64,000 bases of DNA from Methanomassiliicoccales archaeon (GCA_013415865.1 CP058896.1:1744316-1808315); one strand, 5' to 3'. Positions 38,551 through 48,036 are shown, numbered from the stretch's first letter. Notes: a model not told the origin generated them from the sequence alone. Program-made: numbers and translations.

Positions 38551-40125
38551 GTGGGGGGATCAACGGTGTTCGAGATCAATGTGCTGAAAGGGTCAAGCTC
38601 CATCGGTGGGAACAAGATCCTGCTCAGTTTTGAAGGGCGCAACGTCCTTTTTGACTTCGGCTATGATTATTCGGTCGACAAACAGTATTTCGATACCTTC
38701 ACGAAGGCCAGACAGAACAGGGGGATACATGACCATTTGGCCTTGGATATGTTGCCAAGGTTGTCTATCTACCGGTCGGACATAATCACGAAAGACTGCT
38801 CTGAAACATGCGCATCTTTTCCAAAGGTCGATCTGGACGCGCTCTTCGTTTCACACGCTCACATGGACCATATGGGCATGGCCGGCTACTTGGATGCGAA
38901 AGTCCCTTTCATCGGGACACCTATGACGCTGGTGCTGATGAAAGCTATCGAGGACACGTCCGAAATGATCGGGACGGAGGTCGCCTACTATGGGGAGCGT
39001 AGCCATGATGGTGATTTCTTGCTCAAAAGCAAGGGCAGTAACATTGATTACATCGGAAGGCCCCTGATATCGACCTCAAGCTCTGATGGCCTGGATGATT
39101 TTCTAGACCTTTCTCCAACGAAAAGGAAGATAAGAAGGGATAAATGTGGAAACCTGGATGATCTGGATTTCGGGGCCAAATGCTTCATGGTGGACCATTC
39201 CATCTACGGTGCGGCGGCCTTCGGTGTCGATACCGGCGATGGCTGGGTCGTATATACTGGGGACCTCCGGGACCACGGTATGAACGGAGAGAGGACCACA
39301 CAGTTCGCCAAGGAAGCTTCGAAGATACATCCTAAAGTGCTGATCATCGAGGGTACCAGGACCTCAAGGGACGAGGAACTGGAGGATGTGACGGAAAATG
39401 ACGTCGAAAGAAGATGTCTGGAGGAATGCACGGACGTCGATGGCCTGATAGTCGCCGACTTCGGGCCCAGGAACTTCGAGAGGCTTGAGACGTTCAAACG
39501 TATCGCAGAAAAGGTCGGGAGGGAGCTTGTAATAACACCAAAGGACGCATATTTCCTCGATGCTATGAGGTCGGCGGACGGGACTGAGAGGCTCGATGAC
39601 CTTCGTGTACTGGTACCTAACAAGGACCTGCAGCACAGCACCGAATTAAGGATGCTAGGAAATATCGACGCTTCGAAGATATCACCCCTTGACATCAAGA
39701 GGGATCCTGATGGGCACATCCTTTGTTTTTCATTCTATGACCTTCCACATCTTTTGGACATCAGGCCTGACAGAGGATTATATATTTATTCGGGAAGCGG
39801 GTCTTTCGATGAGGAACAGGACCACGACTTTGAAAGGTTGGATAACTGGATAAGATTATTGGGGATGCGAAAGGTCGGCTTTGAGATGGGAGAGAGGGAA
39901 GGGAGGAGAGGCAAGAGGGTCAAAGAGCCGTTATTCACACCGGGATTCCACGCATCTGGTCATGCCTCGAAGGCGGCCCTCAAGAAGATGATCGATACAA
40001 TAAGACCTGAATATCTGCTTCCTGTGCATACAGAAAATGGTTCTTTCTTCAGGGAGGAGATCTCATCCGTTCCAAGAGAGAACATCATATTACCGAAGGA
40101 TGGGCATCCGATCGTGTTCAGCTGA
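38551..40125 (+). CDS. metallo-beta-lactamase / beta-CASP ribonuclease, RNase J-like
   Basis: HAHMDH (HxHxDH), VDHS, YTGD, beta-CASP motif A IIEGT, motif B FHASGHAS, motif C LPVHTE. Confidence 0.75.
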   Translation: MGGSTVFEINVLKGSSSIGGNKILLSFEGRNVLFDFGYDYSVDKQYFDTFTKARQNRGIHDHLALDMLPRLSIYRSDIITKDCSETCASFPKVDLDALFVSHAHMDHMGMAGYLDAKVPFIGTPMTLVLMKAIEDTSEMIGTEVAYYGERSHDGDFLLKSKGSNIDYIGRPLISTSSSDGLDDFLDLSPTKRKIRRDKCGNLDDLDFGAKCFMVDHSIYGAAAFGVDTGDGWVVYTGDLRDHGMNGERTTQFAKEASKIHPKVLIIEGTRTSRDEELEDVTENDVERRCLEECTDVDGLIVADFGPRNFERLETFKRIAEKVGRELVITPKDAYFLDAMRSADGTERLDDLRVLVPNKDLQHSTELRMLGNIDASKISPLDIKRDPDGHILCFSFYDLPHLLDIRPDRGLYIYSGSGSFDEEQDHDFERLDNWIRLLGMRKVGFEMGEREGRRGKRVKEPLFTPGFHASGHASKAALKKMIDTIRPEYLLPVHTENGSFFREEISSVPRENIILPKDGHPIVFS

Positions 40126-40296
40126 GGAATGAAGGAAAGACATGAGGACACCCCCATCCCATTTATTCCGACCTTTATTCCTTTAGAACATTTCAAGGAT
40201 ATAGGTAAGGGCCACGCCTTTCCAATGTTGACCCCATTACCATGCACTATTGTAAGGTCTTCTTCCTCGTATATACGAACATGTAACGGCATCGGG

Positions 40297-40680
40297 TCAT
40301 CGGACGTTTTCCTGCGATCCTAGACCTTTCTCGATATCGACCATGACCCTTCCATTCTCCACTTTGACCTTGAATGTGGGAATGTCATGTGTCTCAAGGC
40401 TCCTGCCCCTGTCAGGCGGCCCTCTTCCATAGTTCCTGTCGGCCGGGCCTAGGAGAGCCTCCCCTGTAACGATGTCAAATTGGGCGAAATGGAGGGGGCA
40501 TGTCACTATCCTTCCATTGACGGTGCCACGGTCCAGCCTGGCCCCCTCATGTCCGCATCCCCGTCCGAACGCGTACAATTTACCAGCGTACCGAGCGACA
40601 ACAACATCATCACCCCCCACCTTGAAGGAGACCATGCCTCCCTCGGCGATCTCGTCCTCAGATCCAACGTCTACGAACAT
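40297..40680 (-). CDS. Rieske [2Fe-2S] domain protein
   Basis: CGH-x16-CPLH. ATG 40680 lies 1 nt after the upstream gene's stop. Confidence 0.8.
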   Translation of the reverse strand: MFVDVGSEDEIAEGGMVSFKVGGDDVVVARYAGKLYAFGRGCGHEGARLDRGTVNGRIVTCPLHFAQFDIVTGEALLGPADRNYGRGPPDRGRSLETHDIPTFKVKVENGRVMVDIEKGLGSQENVR

Positions 40681-40681
40681 C

Positions 40682-41014
40682 CTATCGCTCCATCTCGTTC
40701 TCTGGTATCTGTGGCAATGAGTCTGGGTCATGGACATCGATGTGCACAAAGAGACCGCACCAACATCGTTTCATCCGATCGAAATGCTTCTTATGCCAGG
40801 GTATGCAGGGGCACACCTTTTTCATGTCCTCATCCCTCACCCCTGTCAATCCCTTGCAGGGGCAGAACGGTATCCCGTGCCGCTCATAAAGGACAAGCTC
40901 CTGTTCGAGGCAGAAATCGACGAGCTCCTCATCTGGTGTGAATTTGAAACCGAGGGCGCTCACCAAGGGCCCGAACTGCTCGCGAAGGGCCTCCTTCTCT
41001 TTATCGATCTTCAT
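40682..41014 (-). CDS. ferredoxin:thioredoxin reductase catalytic-subunit-like protein
   Basis: FCPC-x14-CPC-x13-CWCGLFV compares with the FTR-B signature CPC..CPC..CHC. Start inferred at MKIDKEKE; the ORF track extends to 41209 across the upstream gene. Confidence 0.7.
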   Translation of the reverse strand: MKIDKEKEALREQFGPLVSALGFKFTPDEELVDFCLEQELVLYERHGIPFCPCKGLTGVRDEDMKKVCPCIPWHKKHFDRMKRCWCGLFVHIDVHDPDSLPQIPENEMER

Positions 41015-41024
41015 GTTCTTCAAC

Positions 41025-41276
41025 TTACTTGACACCCAGGAGGGAGCTGTACTTCCCTGGGTTGTAACCTTGTACGCAGGCATCGTCGATATACACAATG
41101 GGGAACGAAAGGTCCAACCTCTCCTTCTCCAGCCTTTCCCGGATCCTTTTTTTATCCTCATCGCTGGCCAGGTCATAATCGACGAAATCGAACGGTATGT
41201 TACGCTCATTGAACCATTGCTTTGTCTTCCTGCACCATGGACAAGTACTAAGGGTGTACATCAATACCTTTTTCAA
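41025..41276 (-). CDS. glutaredoxin-like small thioredoxin-fold protein
   Basis: 83 aa with MYTLSTCPWCRKTKQWF (CxxC), and FPIVYI before the C-terminal helix. Confidence 0.85.
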   Translation of the reverse strand: MKKVLMYTLSTCPWCRKTKQWFNERNIPFDFVDYDLASDEDKKRIRERLEKERLDLSFPIVYIDDACVQGYNPGKYSSLLGVK

Positions 41277-41280
41277 ATCA

Positions 41281-41625
41281 TCAATCCTCCAATCTGACCG
41301 ATATCTTCCCTTCAGAGACCCTCGTGGGATATCTTTTCAAGGCGACCTCGGGGGCCATCATCAGACCTCCCGTCCTTATGTCGAAGCTCCAGTCATGGCA
41401 GGGGCATGTGATGATATGCCCGCTCAAGGTCCCAGATGACAAAGGACAGCCCAGATGCGGACATCTGTTCGACAGGGCGAACACATCCCCCTGATGCTCC
41501 ACAAGCAGGACTGAAACTCCCTTGGGGTGGACGACCTTCATGCGCTTTTTCTCGAGGTCCGTAATCACGGCCACTTCCACCCATCCACCGGTCCCTGCCA
41601 TCCTTTTTTGCTCCGTGACCATCAC
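41281..41625 (-). CDS. Rieske [2Fe-2S] ferredoxin-like protein
   Basis: CPH-x16-CPCH; 114 aa. Confidence 0.85.
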   Translation of the reverse strand: MMVTEQKRMAGTGGWVEVAVITDLEKKRMKVVHPKGVSVLLVEHQGDVFALSNRCPHLGCPLSSGTLSGHIITCPCHDWSFDIRTGGLMMAPEVALKRYPTRVSEGKISVRLED

Positions 41626-41664
41626 AATGGCTACTGGCCGCTCATAAAACTATTGGTCCAATGC

Positions 41665-42303
41665 TCAGAGCAATATCTCTATGGAAGATATCAGGAAATA
41701 AAGGCCGAAAATGACCATTATACCGCCGGAGGCCACTATGAGAAGGTGATGCCATTTGACGTTCCAGAGACCCTTGGAACGGTTCACGGTCCTGCTCACG
41801 AGGATGTTCCAACCTGCGTCACATGAGATATGTACGATCACGAAAGCTGGCAGCATCCATATGCCGAACTCAGTGGCCGTGGCCACAAGTGCGGCTCCGA
41901 CGGTGGCCCACCAAAGGAGCCAATAAGGGTTGGACGCGGTCGAAAGGACACCATCAAAAGAGGCCCTCCTCTTTAACGCGCCTTCCTGCGTGATTATGAC
42001 ATCCCTCGCCCTCAGCATGCCGACCCCCATCCACAGTATGATCGCCCCTCCCACTATCCCGATCGTCGCTATTATAGAATCGTCGGATAGGATGGTCGCG
42101 AAGCCAAGGAAGATAAGGGCTATCAAGGGAACCTCTATCAGGGCATGTCCTAATGTAATGCCCAGACCTGCCCTGCCATCGCGATAACCCTGGGCAACAG
42201 TGGCAGCAAAGGTCGGACCTGGCATCATCACACCGGATAGCGAGATGAAGGCCACGGTGGCAAGGAAGAATATCGGCCCCTCCAGCGACATCAAAGCTAC
42301 CAA
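41665..42303 (-). CDS. LysE/RhtB family exporter
   Basis: About 210 aa with 6 TM helices and MPGPTFAATV near the N-terminus. Confidence 0.7.
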   Translation of the reverse strand: MVALMSLEGPIFFLATVAFISLSGVMMPGPTFAATVAQGYRDGRAGLGITLGHALIEVPLIALIFLGFATILSDDSIIATIGIVGGAIILWMGVGMLRARDVIITQEGALKRRASFDGVLSTASNPYWLLWWATVGAALVATATEFGIWMLPAFVIVHISCDAGWNILVSRTVNRSKGLWNVKWHHLLIVASGGIMVIFGLYFLISSIEILL

Positions 42304-42347
42304 AGTTGCAAACTGTATATAGAGATATTCCCAGCCCGGTCAGGGGG

Positions 42348-43010
42348 TCAGAGATACCACATCTCGGTCATTGAGATATAGTGTTCTGGGTCGAACTCCC
42401 GCAACGATGCGGTCTCCACATCCACCACCTGTATCCCATGTATCCTGGAGTTCATGATCTCCTCCAGGCTCACTGGCGGGCTGGTGTAGTACATATCGCA
42501 ATAGCGCTTGATGATGCTAAGGTCCTCTACCTCTCGCTGCCTTGGCGACATGGTAAAGAAGAGAGGTATCGGCATGATGTAGTGGGGCGGCGCTGCCAGC
42601 AAAAATTTGTGGCAATGATTGCTGTAGCGCGCGATCTTCGACGCTATCCTTGCCTTGATATAGTCCAAGGGGTCCAGGGCGTGGGCAGGGGGCACATATC
42701 CTGTCTCCACCTCTATGATGACCACACCGTCGCCCTTTCTTCCTCGGACATCGCAGTTCAGGCCAGCATCGATCGTGTGCTCAAGGTCGACCTCATATCC
42801 ATCTTTCACAAGGTACTTGGCCACTATCAGCTCCATAACGGAGTGGTTGATCTTCAAAAGGTTTTTTTCCCTGAGCTCTATCAGCCTCCTCTCCAAGGCC
42901 TGCATCTTAGAAAGCTCCTCAGGTGTACAGTCGATGACCAGCTTTGTCATCAGGGTGTCAAGGTCTTCGACGAACTTATCCAACAGCTCAACCTCATTTT
43001 CATACTTCAA
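42348..43010 (-). CDS. hypothetical protein with an Hjc-like / PD-(D/E)xK-like core
   Basis: ELIVAKYLVKDGYEV...CDVRGRKGDGVVIIEVET resembles the Hjc pattern E..L...L...GF.V...D......IEVK, but reads E-V-E where Hjc has E-x-K. It also has an extra N-terminal coiled coil and a 110-aa C-terminal extension. Confidence 0.4.
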   Translation of the reverse strand: MKYENEVELLDKFVEDLDTLMTKLVIDCTPEELSKMQALERRLIELREKNLLKINHSVMELIVAKYLVKDGYEVDLEHTIDAGLNCDVRGRKGDGVVIIEVETGYVPPAHALDPLDYIKARIASKIARYSNHCHKFLLAAPPHYIMPIPLFFTMSPRQREVEDLSIIKRYCDMYYTSPPVSLEEIMNSRIHGIQVVDVETASLREFDPEHYISMTEMWYL

Positions 43011-43028
43011 CGCGTTCTGAGCTAATAA

Positions 43029-43283
43029 TCATCTCTTTTGATGCTCCTTGCTTATTATCAGCGTCAGGGTGGACCTTATGCCTGCCACTTTCCTTAATCT
43101 TTCAGATATTGCCCTTTCCAAGGACTCCATGTCCGGCGCGCTTATCTTTGCCACGATATCATAGACGCCATACACGACACACGCCATCTCGATCTCTTCG
43201 ATGGCCTCAAGGCTTTGTAGGACGACCGATTCCATCCCGATGTCCGTGTTTATGATGACAAAGGCGCTAGGCATGCAGACCAT
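43029..43283 (-). CDS. stand-alone Lrp/AsnC ligand-binding (RAM) domain protein
   Basis: 84 aa, AFVIINTD..V..L..I.EI.....VYGVYDIVAKI.A.D...L....I..KLRKV.GI..T.T.I pattern. No HTH. Confidence 0.7.
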   Translation of the reverse strand: MVCMPSAFVIINTDIGMESVVLQSLEAIEEIEMACVVYGVYDIVAKISAPDMESLERAISERLRKVAGIRSTLTLIISKEHQKR

Positions 43284-43344
43284 ATAATGATTGACCGTCC
43301 GAGGTTAAAATGACTGCGGGCGTGTTTTCGTATCTAGGTCTTTG

Positions 43345-43599
43345 TCAATCTTCTACACCAGGCTCGAAAACGTCCAGGATCACGCCCTTCTCGCAGGAGA
43401 CAATGAACCCATAACCGCAGGATTCTATCTGGTGTGCCACCTTGAGCGAGTATGGCATCCCAATAAAGCTCTTCTTCACCATCTCCAGCGACATCTTCTT
43501 CATCTCTTCACCTCTCACACTCATAGCGGGAGCCCGCCCTGGTGATGAAATATGTTTATCCCCCATGCCAAGATAATCATGTTGTCCGATTATTTTCAC
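43345..43599 (-). CDS. small hypothetical protein
   Basis: 84-codon ORF; the start may be the internal MSVRGEE. No motif recognised. Confidence 0.3.
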   Translation of the reverse strand: MKIIGQHDYLGMGDKHISSPGRAPAMSVRGEEMKKMSLEMVKKSFIGMPYSLKVAHQIESCGYGFIVSCEKGVILDVFEPGVED

Positions 43600-43778
43600 A
43601 TCTTACATCCCGGAGTCGGAATCCTTACACTCCCGGCAAAGAGGGTTTTTATCATGGATCTGCGTTGGTCCATTGCGGACCTGAGGAGACATCCTTATCC
43701 CTGGATGATGAGAAGAGGGTCAGCTGATCCAATGTCGAGATGATGAGCCCTATGAGTGCTGACACGGGGCAGGTCCGC

Positions 43779-44228
43779 TCATTCATGCAATTTTCTCAAG
43801 GTGATCTTCAGCCCTGGCGGGACGTTCTCAGGACAATAGCACTTGTTGGCGGATATCCCTATGACCTGAGAATCATCTGGTATCAATATCCCTGTTATGC
43901 CATCGAGAGCAGCTCTGATAAGCTTGTCGAGGTCAGGCCTTTTGGTGTTGAGGTGCACCTTCTTCGGCGTGCTCTTCGGGCGGGTCATATAGAATTCCAA
44001 GGATATCAGATAGCCACACCTTTTATCATCGGTATAAAAGCTGGTCTCTCTGAAGCTGTTAACATGTTGGGCCTCGGTCGCGATGCGCTGCCTCCAGCCC
44101 TCGGTGTTCTTGTTCATATGGGTCGTGACCACCCTGTCGAGCTTCTTGATATAGAACGAGCGAGTGCTTCCCTGGGGCACAGGCTCTCCCCCGACGAAGA
44201 ACTCTATCACATCAGGGTCTATATCCAT
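43779..44228 (-). CDS. rusA: RusA-family Holliday junction resolvase
   Basis: FFVGGEPVPQGS near the N-terminus and KRPDLDKLIRAALDGITGILIPDDSQV, the catalytic Asp block typical of RusA. The ORF track extends to 44297. Confidence 0.8.
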   Translation of the reverse strand: MDIDPDVIEFFVGGEPVPQGSTRSFYIKKLDRVVTTHMNKNTEGWRQRIATEAQHVNSFRETSFYTDDKRCGYLISLEFYMTRPKSTPKKVHLNTKRPDLDKLIRAALDGITGILIPDDSQVIGISANKCYCPENVPPGLKITLRKLHE

Positions 44229-44350
44229 CCCATATTCCTCGACCGGGCTGGCCTCATGTACCCCACTGCCCAGATCATCATCCTCGACCAAGTGCATCCC
44301 AGGACATTAATATGCTTCACCATATTAATTTTCTTGGTATGCACCAGGGC

Positions 44351-45667
44351 CTAAGGGACCAACCTGTTCCTGTCCCGTGGGAACAGGATGGCCTCCCTTA
44401 TGTTCGGTAGCCCGAGCATCTTGACTATCAACCTTTCGATCCCCAGACCAAAGCCCCCATGGGGAGGCATGCCATAGGCAAAGGAACTGAGATAGAACTC
44501 AAAATCCTTTGGTACCAGGCCCTTCTTTTCCATCCTCGCGACGAGCTTGTCATACCTATGCTCCCTCTGGCCTCCCGAGGCCATCTCCTGCCCTTTATAA
44601 TCAAGGTCGAACGAGAATGAGCTCTGGGTACCTTCCTTCTCCATTATATAGAACGGCTTTGATTCTTCAGGATACTCCACGATCCAGTACATATCGTTGC
44701 CCTTCTCGGCCATGATGTCCCCTAGGATCTTCTCCCCCTCGGTCCCAAGGTCATCACCATATCTCAGGCCCATGCCGGTAGAATTGACGATGTCCAAAGC
44801 CTCCGAGTATGTGATGACAGGATATGGTAACCTTGGGGCCACCACTGTCGCACCTATCTTCTCGAGGTGCTCTTTTCCTTTCTCAGCGACTCCCTTGAAG
44901 ATATGGTGTGTGACCCCTTCCAGGACGTCCATGACATCCCTCTGCGATTCGATGAATGCAAGTTCCGCATCGAACGAGATGAACTCGGAGACATGCCTCA
45001 CCGTATCAGAAAGTTCCGCCCTGAAGGCAGGGCCGATCTCATAGACACGGTCCAGGCCAGTGGCCATCATCATCTGTTTGTACAGCTGAGGTGACTGCGC
45101 AAGATAGGCCTTTTTATCAAAGTACTTGACCTCGAAAAGGGAGGCCCCGCCCTCCGCACCTGAAGCTACGATCTTCGGGGTGAACATCTCGACGAAGCCG
45201 TGGGACAGCATGTACTCATCGAGGAGCCTAAGTGTCAGGGACTTGATCTCGAATATCGCCCTGTTCTCCGGCTTCCTGAGGTCCATGAACCTGTTGTTGA
45301 ACCTCGTGTCCATCTCAACGCTCACCTTGTCGACTACCCCCATGGGTAATGGGGACATGGCGGCGCTTAAGATATCCATGGAGAGGGGGATGATCTCAAA
45401 GCCGGCCTTGGCCTGGGCGCTCTGTTTCACAACTCCCCTTATCGATACGACCGATTCCCTCGCGACGCCCGATAATAAAGACATGAGGTCAGGTGCTGTC
45501 TTCTTTTTCGGTGCAGTCACCTGGATGGTACCGAACCTGTCCCGTAGGATGAGGAAAGATATCCCCCCGAGGTTCCTCACCTCCTGTACCCAACCTTTGA
45601 CGACGACCTCTTTGTCAAAATCCTCGCTAGTGATGCTCTTAGAGCTCCTGAATGGAATGTCGTTCAT
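44351..45667 (-). CDS. aspS: aspartyl-tRNA synthetase (archaeal type)
   Basis: OB-fold N-terminus (GWVQEVRNLGGISFLILRD), class II motifs FRAE and GGFGLGIERL. Confidence 0.95.
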   Translation of the reverse strand: MNDIPFRSSKSITSEDFDKEVVVKGWVQEVRNLGGISFLILRDRFGTIQVTAPKKKTAPDLMSLLSGVARESVVSIRGVVKQSAQAKAGFEIIPLSMDILSAAMSPLPMGVVDKVSVEMDTRFNNRFMDLRKPENRAIFEIKSLTLRLLDEYMLSHGFVEMFTPKIVASGAEGGASLFEVKYFDKKAYLAQSPQLYKQMMMATGLDRVYEIGPAFRAELSDTVRHVSEFISFDAELAFIESQRDVMDVLEGVTHHIFKGVAEKGKEHLEKIGATVVAPRLPYPVITYSEALDIVNSTGMGLRYGDDLGTEGEKILGDIMAEKGNDMYWIVEYPEESKPFYIMEKEGTQSSFSFDLDYKGQEMASGGQREHRYDKLVARMEKKGLVPKDFEFYLSSFAYGMPPHGGFGLGIERLIVKMLGLPNIREAILFPRDRNRLVP

Positions 45668-45803
45668 CAGCTCGACCTGGCCCCTAAAGGCCGATGACCG
45701 TATATAATTTGGTCGCTTCGTTCAGAGCTCAGACGGTCGCTGTTCGTTCTGTCGAATTCATTATCCGAAACTATTATGTTCGGTCACTGCTCATTCCAAC
45801 TGC

Positions 45804-46025
45804 ATGGCAAAAATAACCATTGATGAGAACGAGTGCACAGGTTGTGGATTGTGCTACAACGATGAATGCCCCGACGTGTTTAAGGAGGGGGAGGGAGGCA
45901 CCTCATCATTGCAGGAAAAATTCCGCAAGGGCTCGCCGGCCGTGGGCGAGGTCCCTGATTCGATGAAGGGATGTGCTGAGAAGGCGGCGGATGCGTGCCC
46001 AGTCTCTGCGATAAAGATCGAGTAA
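45804..46025 (+). CDS. small single-cluster ferredoxin
   Basis: CTGCGLC...CP near the N-terminus and ACPVSAI at the C-terminus; 73 aa. Confidence 0.85.
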   Translation: MAKITIDENECTGCGLCYNDECPDVFKEGEGGTSSLQEKFRKGSPAVGEVPDSMKGCAEKAADACPVSAIKIE

Positions 46026-46226
46026 TACCATCGACCATAAAAGGATCGTGGGCACAAGCGATCGAAGCATTGATCGGGATGCATATCATCGGTCCTTAAA
46101 TTCTCACAAGGACCGGGCCTCAATGGACCAATATATTTGATAGTTGACAATCCAGACACATATCCATGAGCATCAAGGATTATATAGGGAAAGCCCATTC
46201 AGTTTCAACTTAGGCACGGAATTGTT

Positions 46227-47369
46227 ATGAGCGACAGGGTCACTGTTTCGGTCATCAAAGCTGATGTGGGGTCGGTCTGTGGGCATTCAAGGCCGCACCC
46301 GAAGATGATGGTCCGCGCTGAGGAGGTCCTGAAGGAAGGCCTGCGCGCGAACACGATCAACGATTTCTACGTCACCAGGGTCGGCGACGACATCAACCTG
46401 TTCATGACGCACAACCGGGGGGAGAACAACAAGGATGTACACTGCCTCGCCTGGGAGGCATTCCAGGCCGCTGCAAAGGTCGCCAAGGAGATGAAGATGT
46501 ACGCTGCCGGGCAGGACATTCTGAAAGATGCCTTCAGCGGAAATGTCAGGGGAATGGGACCGGGCGCCGCTGAGATGGAGTTCAAGGAGCGTGGCGCAGA
46601 GCCTATCATCTTCTTCATGGCCGACAAGACGGAGCCCTCCGCTTATTCAATGCCATTGTCGCGTATTTTCATGGACCCCTTCACCACGACCGGCCTCGTG
46701 ATAGACCCGAGGGCCCATGTCGGGTTCAAGTTCGAGATAGTGGACGTGCTGGACTCGAAAAAGATCGTCATGTCCGCCCCGGAGGAGTCATATGATATCC
46801 TCAGCCTCCTCGGCGATACCACCAGGTATGCGATAAAGAGGATATGGTCCAAGCATGAGGACATCGGCATCGGGGCGGTCGTGAGCACCGAGAAACTGAA
46901 CCTTTGCACAGGAAAGTATGTCGGGAAGGACGACCCCGTCGCCATCGTGAGATGCCAGAGCGGGCTCCCCGCCGTGGGAGAGGTCCTTCAACCCTTCATG
47001 TTCCCACAGCTCGTGGCCGGTTGGATGCGGGGGTCGCATTATGGGGCATGGTATCCTTGCGCCGTTGACCATTCAGACCCGACCTATTTCGACGGGCCTC
47101 CGCGCATCTGCAGCCTTGGCTTCATGATAAGCCATGGGAAGTTCCAAGGATGTGAGGACCCAGGTTCCCCGCCCGGTGTGCACAGACCTGTTGACTTCTT
47201 TGCCGGTGCGGAGTGGGATGAGGCCCGCAGGAAGGCCATAAAGGCGAGCATCTACATGCGCCAGCACGGACCGTTCATGCCAGGCATACTCGGTCCCGAG
47301 GAGATGGAGTACACCACGAGGCCGGCGGTCCTATCCAAATTAAAGGACAGGATGGAGAACATTGACTAA
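46227..47369 (+). CDS. fbp: fructose-1,6-bisphosphate aldolase/phosphatase (class V FBPase)
   Basis: VSVIKADVGS..GHSRPHP N-terminal signature; about 380 aa. Confidence 0.95.
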   Translation: MSDRVTVSVIKADVGSVCGHSRPHPKMMVRAEEVLKEGLRANTINDFYVTRVGDDINLFMTHNRGENNKDVHCLAWEAFQAAAKVAKEMKMYAAGQDILKDAFSGNVRGMGPGAAEMEFKERGAEPIIFFMADKTEPSAYSMPLSRIFMDPFTTTGLVIDPRAHVGFKFEIVDVLDSKKIVMSAPEESYDILSLLGDTTRYAIKRIWSKHEDIGIGAVVSTEKLNLCTGKYVGKDDPVAIVRCQSGLPAVGEVLQPFMFPQLVAGWMRGSHYGAWYPCAVDHSDPTYFDGPPRICSLGFMISHGKFQGCEDPGSPPGVHRPVDFFAGAEWDEARRKAIKASIYMRQHGPFMPGILGPEEMEYTTRPAVLSKLKDRMENID

Positions 47370-47370
47370 G

Positions 47371-48036
47371 ATGTACCCGATGATAGTCGTGAACTTCAAG
47401 ACCTATGCCGAGGTCGAAGGACCGAAGGCCATGGAAGTTGCAAGGGCCTGTCAGGAGGTGTCAGATGAAACGGGCGCTCACATCATCATCTGCCCCCCTA
47501 CTGTAGAGCTGTCTAAGGTCGCCTCCGAGGTCAAGATCCCGGTCTTCTGTCAGCATGTGGACCAAAAGGGCCGGGGGGCAAATACAGGATGGGTCACGCC
47601 ATATGGTGTCAAGGCAGCGGGAGCTAAGGGCACATTGCTGAACCACTCCGAGCACAGGCTGATGATGTATGACCTGATGGGCACTATAAAGGAATGTAAG
47701 GAGGCGGGCCTCACTACCATAGCCTGTGCAGATGGTCCAGAGTCCGCGATGGTCATCGCGACATACGACCCAGATCTCATCGCCATCGAGCCTCCGGAGC
47801 TCATAGGAGGCAACATCTCGGTGACCGAGGCACGGCCAGAGGTCATAGAGAAAGGCATTGCGGCGGTAAGGCGGGTGTCCCAGGACATTCCCGTGCTCTG
47901 CGGTGCCGGGATCAAGACCGGAGCGGACGTCCGTAAGGCCGTTGAGCTCGGGACCAAAGGTGTTTTGCTCGCCTCCGGTGTGGTCAAGTCCAAGGACATC
48001 AGGGCCACGCTTCGTGACCTCGTCAGCAAGATCTGA
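47371..48036 (+). CDS. tpiA: triosephosphate isomerase (archaeal short form)
   Basis: VVNFKTY, LNHSEHR, IAIEPPELIG and GAGI motifs. ATG lies 1 nt after the fbp stop. Confidence 0.9.
   Translation: MYPMIVVNFKTYAEVEGPKAMEVARACQEVSDETGAHIIICPPTVELSKVASEVKIPVFCQHVDQKGRGANTGWVTPYGVKAAGAKGTLLNHSEHRLMMYDLMGTIKECKEAGLTTIACADGPESAMVIATYDPDLIAIEPPELIGGNISVTEARPEVIEKGIAAVRRVSQDIPVLCGAGIKTGADVRKAVELGTKGVLLASGVVKSKDIRATLRDLVSKI

Noticed and set aside
40682-41209. Full 175-codon version of the FTR-like ORF
   Set aside because: The upstream 65 codons overlap the glutaredoxin-like gene in another frame and are Ser/Arg/Trp-rich. The internal start MKIDKEKE at 41014 gives a protein of canonical FTR-B size directly after the Grx stop.
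42381-44354. ORFs of 214 and 204 codons on the plus strand (42381..43025 and 43740..44354)
   Set aside because: They are antisense to the Hjc-like ORF and to rusA respectively. RusA motifs are clear on the minus strand, and the plus-strand translations have no motifs and biased composition.
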